A stretch of DNA of 44,635 bases, counting the filler, from Catajapyx aquilonaris (taxonomy: Eukaryota): the NCBI GenBank assembly GCA_000934665.2. It is 2 parts of 2 records of this genome, joined end to end, with 100 filler letters (N's around TTAATTAATTAA, not from the genome) between each part and the next. Parts side by side here need not be neighbours in the genome. Positions count along the whole stretch, not along the records: positions 1 to 22,336 come from KZ539435.1; positions 22,437 to 44,635 come from KZ539436.1. One strand, given 5' to 3'. Positions 14,206 to 24,039 of the stretch are shown one piece after another. The notes below the pieces were generated by a model. That model was not told where the DNA came from, did no database searches, and worked only from the letters and a program-made list of their open reading frames with translations. The translations under genes and the position numbers were made by a program. How positions within the stretch are numbered: position 1 is the stretch's first letter; each line of letters opens with the position of its first letter.

Positions 14206-14716
14206 AGGAAACTTTGGCTGTCGAGCCTCATACCGTCCGAATCCAAATCCGAACCGGTTACCGTTATTGTTTCAAATGCATAGCATGTTTCAAAAGGTTT
14301 CCTCAAGCAGCCATGTACTATGTCTCGTCCAGTGTTTTAAAGTTAGCGGGCAGTTGGTTGGTTGGGAGCCAGGGGTCGGTCGGTCGGGTGTGTATGTGTG
14401 TGTGTGTGTGTGCGTGATGGTGGTGGGGTTGGGAAGACGTAGGAGGAGGGGGTGGGAGGGAGGGAGGGAGGGAGGGAGGAAGAGAGGGAGGGAAGGAAGG
14501 AAGGAAGGGGAGTGGGTTGGGTTGTGGCTTGTGGGGGCCAGGCCAGTCGGGCTCGAAGAGAGCCAAGAGGTTTAGTGCTATTCTGGCTGGTAAGCAGTCA
14601 GCACGCGGTATTCTCTGGCTCAGATCGAGACGTTTCAAGAGCACGTGCCTCCCATATCTGCAGATCTAAGACAGTGTCACTCTGGAATGCCCATCACAGC
14701 ATCGCAGTAATCAACA

Positions 14717-14718
<2 letters not shown>

Positions 14719-14767
<49 letters not shown>
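14719..14767. repeat. (AAT)n microsatellite
   Basis: Direct reading. Confidence 0.95.
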
Positions 14768-14768
<1 letters not shown>

Positions 14769-16552
14769 TAGTTTTTGCGAGGGACAAACTTTTTATCCAG
14801 ACTCATACTGTCAGCTTAATGCCTCAATTCGGGGGTATTGATCATTAAAAGCGCTCCGATAATATGAACTTGATAAAATGTGCCACATGCAAAAATTAGA
14901 AGCACAATAATTGGGCTGGAGAGGGTGACTAAAAGCAACGCTGTACAACCTTCTCAAAATGAGCAACAAATTTGCCAAAGCAGAGAAAATCAATGCGGGT
15001 TAAGATCATTTTATATGCAACACTAGTCGTCAATGGTCGACTTGAACCTGTTACATTGACCCTAGTAATTAAGATGTCGAGTGATGCCGGTTAGGAGTTA
15101 CTTTGTGACGTACGCAGACCACCGACTCGGAAGAATATTAATAGATCCGTTCGTTTCATTTATAGTCTACCAGTAATGATTTAGGAACTAGGGTGAAATT
15201 TTTATATGGTAGCCGAGCTCAGAGTTGTAGTTACATCACCTTGTCCTGCCGGGGTTTATATTGATGACATTTACCGTACCTTCCTGTCAGCTCAACTTTT
15301 CTTTCTCTAATCGCATGTTCACATTCTAATTTGGCGAATACACCCCACCAGGACACGTGAGTGAGGATCAACAGTATGTGTGGAGATGATATTATGGACT
15401 GACCGGTACACGGCGCATAACATATAGGCCTACTTGTATGTGGGTCAGGCTCGAAGCACGTGTGGGCCATGCTAATCAGAGGAATTTGGTGGGTGTGGAG
15501 GAGTATGTTGAGTAGTACATGCGCACATACATGGGTGAATGACGGCAGCAATTTTCCCGAAGGTACCTCATAATTATGACTTTCTTGCATCACGAGCTCC
15601 CGATGGTAACGGAACTATCTCTATACCCATACATGTGCTGTCATAAACAGCGCCCAACCCTTATCTACATTGTCCGCATCGGATTGTAATTGGCCATATC
15701 TTCCAGTCACCCATTCACAAATGTCTCCCCCTCCCCCTTGCCTTTTCCTCTCCCTCTCACACTCGCGCGCACGCACACGTGTAGTACACACGCATCAAAG
15801 TAGATCTACGTTCTGGGAACCTCATGATTACGCAATATGCAAGAAGACGTATACAGTGGCATCGTCTTCGCCCGGTAGTCATTTCGGTTCTCGATAAGTG
15901 TCGTCTACATAGTTAGTCTCGCGGATTTTTGCTGCCCCCCCCNNNNNNNNNNNNNNNNNNNNNNNNNNNNNNNNNNNNNNNNNNNNNNNNNNNNNNNNNN
16001 NNNNNNNNNNNNNNNNNNNNNNNNNNNNNNNNNNNNNNNNNNNNNNNNNNNNNNNNNNNNNNNNNNNNNNNNNNNNNNNNNNNNNNNNNNNNNNNNNNNN
16101 NNNNNNNNNNNNNNNNNNNNNNNNNNNNNNNNNNNNNNNNNNNNNNNNNNNNNNGGGGGGTCTGAGCATAATTATACCACGTGACATTTATACATTGTGA
16201 AAATGGAGCCGGGGCGCTCTTCCTTTTGGATCTAGTTCCTTTAGTATGCGAGACATTTTTAAATACGATTTCACTCTAGTTCATTTTTTTCGCTTTCGGC
16301 TACAAGACGGAGATAATCGAATTTAATTATTAAAATTCGATGTCAGCACTGCCTCTTGGATCTTAGTGTTCGTCTCTTTTAATATACCGCCGTTTATATG
16401 TCTTGCAATATAGCATTGTCAAGACGAATGCAGTCTCAATAGAGCAAAAATATCACGTGACAAAGGGGGGGAGGGGGGGGGTCGGAAATGGTCCAAAAGC
16501 GTGTCACGTGATTTATGGAAGTACCCTAAGAGGCATGAATATAAGACAGTTA

Positions 16553-17100
16553 AGGTAGGTGTACCAGTAGTGGACGGTGTCCCAAAGGTGGACGGCGGAG
16601 ATTTTGAACCTAAATGACAAGGAAACGCGGCAATAGTGAGTGGAAATGAGACATCTGGCATCATTTCACATCCCTTTGGGATTGACTGATCACCACATAT
16701 TTACCATTCATGGCCTAAGCGTCGTGAATGAGAAGCTCGTGAACACGTCAGCTCTGATTTCGTCTGCCTTGAAATGGTGCTTTTCTTAGCGGATTCGCCA
16801 AGAGACACGTAGAAAGTAAAACCTTGCAAATAAATAAATGGACTTGTTACTTCGGGTTTTTTTTAGTGGGAAGGGATATAAATGCTTCAAATTTTCCAAA
16901 TATGATGTACTTTCGCGTCAATCTTATGTAAAGAGAGTTTTAGCTGGGGCGTCCACTATTGGACCCAAAAAAACGTCGATGTTCCAATTATGGATGCCCC
17001 GTCTCGACCATTGGACACTGGGAAGCTTAAAAAACAACAAGGGAGCACGGCAATCTGGCAACGTCACGTCCCTTTTTTACTCCTGCCGTTACGCTATTAA

Positions 17101-17142
<42 letters not shown>

Positions 17143-17846
17143 GTAGTAGTAGTAGTAGTAGTAGTAGTAGGAGTAGCGCTTTTCACCTTATCGGTATCTT
17201 CGCACGGACCTGTATTATTACTCAATAATTGTACATTGCATGTATGTACACATTTGGAACCATTTGCGAAACGCCCGGGCCCACGGGCTGGTTGGCAGGA
17301 GGGGATGTGCAAAGAGCAGTGCACTGTCATTGCTAATGTCATCTTGTGAACTCCTCCAGGTGGATTAGTCCAAGGAAATTCCACCCGAGACGAAGGCAGA
17401 AATGGTCCAACTCTGCACGAAATGAAGGGGGTAACCCCGGGCTGGGATCGAACCCGGGACCTTAACATCCGTGGGCGCATACGTTACCGCAGCGCCACTC
17501 CGCCTTCCGCTATTAAGTTATACTAACCAGACACGGTGTAAAACTTATGCTTCACTGATGACGTTGACACAACCGCAGTAAATACGGTATATGGAGGCTG
17601 TCCACAACTGGAACAGGCATCGTTTTGGCCGTTCACAACTGGGGCATTTGCACACTTGCATATAAAAATATTTTAGGCAGAATGAACCTCTTTAATGTGG
17701 CACGAATATGCACTGGACGAAAGAGCAAGTATGGACGATTCGAATGATACGGTATTTTTTCGAGGATTTCTTAAACTAATTCCCATGGAAAGAGTGTCCG
17801 ACGTGAATTTTTTTCCTTAACCTGTCCACCTCTGGGACACTTACCT
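16553..17846. mobile_element. pogo-like MITE hosting SINE copy 1
   Basis: TA|AGGTAGGTGTACCAGTAGTGGAC ... GTCCACCTCTGGGACACTTACCT|TA; internal GTCCACnnnTGG repeats. Confidence 0.65.
17103..17507 (-). mobile_element. tRNA-derived SINE, copy 1, with (TAC)n(TAT)n tail
   Basis: The head GGCGGAGTGGCGCTGCGGTAACG...ACGG...GGGTTCGATCCC has Pol III A and B boxes. The 11-bp TSD CGCTATTAAGT lies at 17092-17102 and 17508-17518. It is homologous to the copy at 25267. Confidence 0.85.
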
Positions 17847-19045
17847 TATGTTATTTAGGAAATGATTTGATTAGTGTTGTTCATTAGCACCTGAAGTCTG
17901 AATGCGTAAAACTCGCTGTAACCCATGTTGTCGTTGCGTAGAAAAGTTAGTCATGAAAGTTAGCCGAGTCAAAATGACTTATGGCGCTTATCATGAATTG
18001 ATGAAACTAATAATGTAGAATTGTAGATTGTAGGATGTGCCGAGTAGAGGTAGTTGTCGTCACTTGCTCTCCAGATCAAGGCCCCAGTCGCACGATGAGC
18101 CACAATACTGTATTCAGTCGGTTCTTATTTTCTTATTATTCCCATTAATTTATTGATTCGTAGACTAATAAAATGGCTACAAATTTTTAATTACTTTAAC
18201 TTGGTGTAAATATACGTATATAACGCAAATAAAAATAAAGTTCCGTAATAATTACATTCATACATTACATCACGACATTAATCCTACAATGGGGTAGCCA
18301 ACGATGACTAGTGTAGCCTACAAAGTACACCTAGCCATCTCAATTGACTAATACAATGAAACCAAACAATATATTGTATTCTCGCAAACCAACTTATCAT
18401 GCTATCAAAATATTCTGCGCATGATAAGTTGGTTTGACTTTATCACGGTATAATTATTATTAATCCGAATAAGGCTGAGGAATGAGAGGCGAAGATTGTC
18501 TATGCGTGGACTCGCAGGATCAAGGGTGAAACTTGTGTTCCTGTAGTAGCACTAAAAACGCGGTAGTGTCACTAATCTAGCTTTTGCAGTATCTTATCAC
18601 AATCCGCCAAAGCCACTCAACCACGTTCATTCAGTGAACGATTATCCCTCCCATATAGAGGCAATATTATGGACCTGTCCGATGTTCTTCATTTTAGTGC
18701 TGAAACAACATCATATCGGGGTTCTTTCAATCGATGACCAGAATTAGTCGTGGCATTGAAAATATTGCGTATCGTACCGCATTCAATTGGTTCAAACTTA
18801 ATTGTTTGTTACAATGACTTCAAACAATGGTTCGCTTTTGCAGAATATTTATCATGTAAGCGTAGCATGACACGTCTTGACCTTCTCGCAGTGTTTCAGG
18901 TATAGCCTCCTCGTAATGACACAATACGGTATAATATATATATTTTTTTAATAATTTACCCCGTGATAGAGCCGCACAATACGGTATATATTTAGGGCAA
19001 AAAATGCCACAGTCCCATTTGTATTGGTGAGGGTAACACTGACAT

Positions 19046-19046
<1 letters not shown>

Positions 19047-19095
<49 letters not shown>
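19047..19095. repeat. (GAT)n microsatellite
   Basis: Direct reading; the source of the poly-His ORF on the minus strand. Confidence 0.95.
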
Positions 19096-19097
<2 letters not shown>

Positions 19098-19375
19098 GGG
19101 TCCTCTGCGGCTCTCTCTGGCTATAAAATTGCCAGGCTAATGTTGTGACAGAATAGTTTTCTACTGCACTACTTCTTGTGGTACACATGCACTGTTTTTT
19201 CTCCCCCCCCCCCCATTCCCATCCTAGCCCATTCGTTGTAAAATAAGAATAAAAAACTTGGGAGCGGTCCACCGTAATCCAGACTGTTTGCTTATTGCAG
19301 CATCATCAGGCCGTGGACAGGAGAGGCCTAGTGCTTAAAAGTGGTTGTGGGTCGGTATTGGATGAGTGCAGGAGC

Positions 19376-19705
19376 ATGATGAGGTCAGTGCTAGTGTGGG
19401 TAGTGACGGTGTTGGTTGCGGCGGTGATGGTACCCGAGACATGGCAGGAGATGCACCAACAGGGGGGCAGCAGAAGCCACCGGCGCCATAATCATCTCAG
19501 GCGCCACCACACCAACAAGTACCCGTACCTTGACGGACTCATGGGCCGGATGGAAGCACACCCGACGACCATTCCTCAGACGGCCCCACCATCTTCCTAT
19601 GCGCCCGAAACAACCCCTAGGCCTCTCTCCTTCAGCATTGACGATGATTACGACGACACCGATGAAGACCTATTCGAAGAGGACAAGACCCACAATGCAC
19701 TGTTG
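19376..19705 (+). CDS. Probable first coding exon of an unidentified secreted protein (signal peptide, His/Arg-rich, Pro/Thr-rich and acidic segments); 3'-partial
   Basis: Acceptor cttattgcag| at 19300, ATG at 19376 and a phase-0 donor TTG|gtcagt at 19705. Encodes MMRSVLVWVVTVLVAAVMVPETWQ...DDDYDDTDEDLFEEDKTHNALL. Composition is GC-rich and coding-like. No downstream exon was found before the linker. Confidence 0.65.
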
Positions 19706-19983
19706 GTCAGTCTCAACAACAACTAACCCGTCCCTGTATGTCGTACCCCTCACACATCTCGTCCTGCCATAACATAGGCTACTGTATAGTGATCCCCTTT
19801 ACTGCCTTTAGAATAGGATGTATAAGTGATGGTAAACCCTGAACAAGTTTTTGATTCTATGTCAATAACCATGGAAGCAACCACTTGTTCTGGGCATAAC
19901 CTTAGTCCCTGGTCATATGGGCGAATGAAATCGTGGTGACTCCGAGGAGTATGGGGTAGGGGTGGTGGGTGGTGGGACGGAGT

Positions 19984-20700
19984 AGGGCCTAATGCACGTG
20001 GGGCCACTTGAGACGCGCGCCACAGCCACTGCCCACTGCAGTCTCTCGCCACAGCAGGTGCGCCAGTCGATTCAGTATATGGCGACCAGTCAAGATCATG
20101 TACGTACTATTGCTACTCCTCCTATTGAAAATGAGGAAAAAGTGCAGGCAAAATAGGAAAATTTGTGTTGATCCATAGGTCGCGAGGTTGTCGAAAGGAC
20201 TGTAGGCTGCCATACACTGACACGAAGATCTGAGACGAGATGATGAAATATTTTTCCCATGTTTTCGACAACTGATGCGTCCCAAATAGCGGGATGGGCC
20301 TCGAGTTGAGATATAAAGTTTTCATTTCCTTCACTAATTGCACAATCCACGGTGATAAACTGCCCTTTCGTCGCGGCATGGTCAACTAGCATGGGCATAT
20401 GACTGGACGTGTGGCTGGCGTGAGTGACCTGTGGCTGTGGCTCCGTGTGCATGCACCAATGCAAAGCAGTGTGGTCCGCTACCCGAAGTGGCATGTGGCC
20501 TTGAGCGTTTGTAGGCGACAAGACGCTCGGGCCTGCCACTCATCAGTCGAGCAACTGCCAAGCCACTCCAGGGCCACAAACGCCTTCCCTCGCCACTGCT
20601 GTGGCCACGTGTGAATGCTCTCATTCAATCCTACACGTATTTCGACAAGTGGCCATTAGATGTGGCGCGCGTCCGCCGCAAACGTGTGCGCCGGGTCTTA
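19984..20700 (-). mobile_element. Harbinger-like relic carrying a MADF/Myb-SANT-like ORF fragment
   Basis: The minus strand encodes ENFISQLEAHPAIWD (MADF-like LI....HPxLWD). GACGCGCGCCACA is inverted near both ends, and GCCAC/GTGGC repeats are numerous. Confidence 0.5.
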
Positions 20701-22336
20701 ACAGTCGACTGATAATACGTACAGCAATTACTGTGAGTAAAGCCTGACCTATTAGAGACCTCCGCCAGCCACACCTGCCCCCCAGTCATGCGATTAGTCG
20801 ACTACGGTTAGGTGATGCAAGTCTTCTACGGCCACAGTGATTACCATTGGCTGCGTAACCAGGGCCTGGCTTGTTCATATGTGTACAGTACCGTATATGT
20901 CAACAACAGCACACTGGTGATATCGGTCGCAATATTAAATAAGTAACACCGTCTCCTGACGATTGTCATGTTTCAAATTGGATACTAATAAATAATTGAA
21001 TCGCCAATTTGAAAAAGGGAGAAGGCCCTACGTCACGATTTTGGCGATTTTGAGTTATTCGCACCATAAGATTCTCCACCCCATGAAACATGAAAACATG
21101 CAAGGAAGGTGCAAGTCAGACGAACCGTTGCGACGATATGGAGTTTTGTGCCAATTCCAGAGCAGAAAAAAGTAACAAAAATTGCGATAGGCCTACATAC
21201 TCGTACAGCATCTCAGTACTCTAGTACGACCCTGAAAACCACATCGAGTTCTACAACGAAATTCTCGCATGGAATGTATACAAATAACAGGATGATGATT
21301 ATTGATTAATAATGCAAAGTAATGCAGCATAGTCAAGTACATAACTCTGCTGCAAAAACTTGTTTACCATATTTTCTGCGTAGGCTANCCCCCCCCTTTG
21401 CAACGGTAATTGGGTTACCAAAATAAAAAACCCACTGATCTCTTTGGGATGGTTATGTTGTCTTCTCAGTCACATTCCACCTTCCTAACACACAAGGTTC
21501 TGGGGTAGATAGTTTTTCGTGCTTTCTGAAAGTTTGGCTACTGTGACCTACCCCCTTTTCAAGTTTGCGATTCAATTGATGATGATAATTGTGCATTCGA
21601 GTGATTATACAGGGTGTTTCACTAGATAGTCCCCCGAAAGAACCAGTTGTATTTTTGGCAGGGCCCTGCGGGCCCGTGAAAAGGAATAGTATGGAATCGC
21701 TACGTTCCCAATGTTAATTTGCCGACTTCATAACTCGCGATCGGGTTAATCGATTTCAAATCGGAAACAAGATTTACACTCCGCTCACTCCAATTACCAA
21801 CTTTAGATAGATAAACAACAACTTCACTAGCCGGGGTCAAAGTTCAAAAAAGTGTCGTTACTCTGACAAGGGTACAGCCTAAACGGTGCGTCGTAGAGGG
21901 TCATACAATGTGTCATTAGAACCGTAATGTTTCCAGGAGGTGCCCTTCTGCCTACCCTTTTTGAAGAAAGCCTTTACTTTTTTAGTTACGAGGCGATTTC
22001 GATAGTGTCAAATTTGTGACTCTCGCTCTCTTTCTGTACCACAGAAAAACTTATCATGACCCATGTACTCATCTGAGAGTCGATGCAGAGAGGCTCTTAA
22101 AAATAACAAAATATGTCCCCATTTGTTTGCTCAAGTACTCACGACGCGACGTCGTGTTATTTAAAAAACCTAAAATTTCTTTACATTACTTTATTCTGAT
22201 GATGAAAAGAATTAAATAAAAATAGGCAGTAAAACTGCCGAAAACTATTCTTCCTCTGGGTGAGATTAAAAGTAAGAAACAAGTCCATAGGTGGGGGTTG
22301 GTTCGTGTCATGGGGATGTGTGATAATCAAATTTAA

Positions 22337-22436
22337 NNNNNNNNNNNNNNNNNNNNNNNNNNNNNNNNNNNNNNNNNNNNTTAATTAATTAANNNNNNNN
22401 NNNNNNNNNNNNNNNNNNNNNNNNNNNNNNNNNNNN
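22337..22436. other. Artificial contig-joining linker N44-TTAATTAATTAA-N44
   Basis: Exactly 100 bp and symmetrical; the 12-mer places stop codons in all six frames. Confidence 0.9.
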
Positions 22437-22895
22437 ATCCTCTCGTCATTATATCAAGACCACAGCATCTCAATGAAAACATCATAAGCAAGCTTCATCT
22501 CCAGGGTCCTTTTCGTCACCACCACAAGACCACAGCATCTCAATGAAGACATCGAGCAAGCTTCATCTCCAATGTCCTTCTCGTCACCACCACAAGACCA
22601 TATAGAATCTCAATGAAAACAGTCATCACGCCAACATCATCTCCCTTCTTCTTCTCTGACCACAACATCTCTATGAAAACATCGAGCCAGGTTCATATCC
22701 ATGATCTTCTCGTCATTATATCAAGACCACAGCATCTCAATGAAAACATCGAGCCAGGTTCGTATCCATGATCCTCTCGTCATTACAGCAAGACCACAGC
22801 ATCTCAATTAAAACAGTCATCAAGCCAAGTTGATCTCCATTCTTCTTCTCATCACCACCACAAGAACACAATATCTGAATGAAGACATCAAGCCA
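22437..22895. repeat. Degenerate minisatellite, ~67-bp unit, about 7 copies
   Basis: AAGACCACAGCATCTCAATGAAAACATC-like core recurring at ~64-72 bp spacing. Confidence 0.8.
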
Positions 22896-22904
22896 GCTTT
22901 ATGT

Positions 22905-23455
22905 CACCTTCTGCGAGACAGTCACAAAAGGGATTAACGAGTTCATCGCCATCCCAGAAGAAACAGAAGCCCAAGAAATTTCCGCTCGATGGGAGGCAAC
23001 CATGGTTGCCAATGTATCCGTAGACCTGTGGCATGTCAGTGCACATGCCACAGGTCTACGGATACAATTGATGGGACACATGTTCCAATTTTTCTACCAT
23101 CAGATGGCATGCGTGTTTAATGGTTTTATTATGAAGAAGCCAAAGCAACTATTGCTATCTGGCTATAGAAGACGCAAAGGTGGGACAGATGGAGAGAGAA
23201 ACGAAGAGCAAAAAGAAGAGAGGAAAGACTGCTGGTATCTCTCTTAGTCTGTCTCCTATCCCAAAGACCTGTCCGACTTGGGTGGCCCTACCAGTAGACG
23301 AAGCTACCGCCGGCATAGCTCTTGGGGTCATGGGAGAAACGCACCACCACGATAAAGTGGAGATACCATCGGGGGATGATGGCATGCGGGACTTCATTAA
23401 CATGAAACACTGGGCATATTATGTTATATGATCTGCAGGTTGTCTGTCATGTGTG
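22905..23455 (+). pseudogene. Degraded PIF/Harbinger (DDE_Tnp_4/HARBI1-like) transposase fragment, split by an insertion
   Basis: Translates to FIAIPEETEAQEISARWE, then IDGTHVPIFLPSDG, and after the insert DGMRDFINMKHWAYYV..LQ. These match the Harbinger motifs GAIDGTH(I/V)PI and D(F/Y)xNRKG..S..LQ. Frameshifts and stops are present. Confidence 0.75.
23114..23377 (-). mobile_element. Short retroposon-like insert with an RTE-clade 5'UTR-like structured segment, flanked by an 11-bp TSD
   Basis: Direct repeat GATGGCATGCG at 23103-23113 and 23378-23388. The minus strand reads CCACTTTATCGTGGTGG...GACCCCAAGAGCTATGCCGGCGG...GTAGGGCCACCCAAGTCGGACAGGTC, recalled as the conserved RTE/BovB 5' region. 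Confidence 0.6.
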
Positions 23456-24039
23456 GTAAGTGAGCAACATCATATGCTGGAACTATGGAGATTTGTTGTG
23501 AAAACTGCACCCGCAGTACTAATGTGATAGGTTTTCTTATAACATTTTTTATTGCTCAAGGCATAATTTGTTGTAGGGCCATGCCTAGCTCTTACTTACT
23601 GAAGTTATAGCATAACGTTACGTACCAATAAAATTAAGAAACACTGCATTCCAGCTGCACATACACTGGGCAATTACTATGCCACGACCTTTGCTGCCAT
23701 TTTTATGAAGGAGTACTCATGTCCTTATTTATATACATCCAGATTCCGGAACATAAGCTGGAAAGCACTACCATGAAGTAGGCTACCCATGATGCGAAGA
23801 TTCTGCGTCAATCGGGATTGTTTTCATCCGATACCAACTAGCAAAGCCGCAAAGGTGAGTACATCTTCCAGAATTAATATGCCTAATGTGCTGGCATGGA
23901 GAATGGCAAAAAAACGCTTGAGAAATTCGCTGCTACTGTAGACGTTCTCGTAGCAACATTGCGATAGCTACTTTTTGTAGCTGTGACACAATCGCTGCTA
24001 CGTGATTTAATCCACAGATCGAATTTATGGAAAAGAAAG

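Noticed and set aside
17430..17507. tRNA-like sequence with A and B boxes (also 25267-25340)
   Set aside because: The acceptor and anticodon stems do not pair as in a real tRNA. It is embedded in TSD-flanked SINEs.
17554..17585. CTGATGA hammerhead-like core (also CTGAAGA at ~34846)
   Set aside because: No stem II closed by GAAA and no supporting stems I and III.
22437..22895. Repeat-spacer-looking array
   Set aside because: Not CRISPR: the intervening sequences are homologous to each other, the context is eukaryotic and there are no cas genes. It is a minisatellite.
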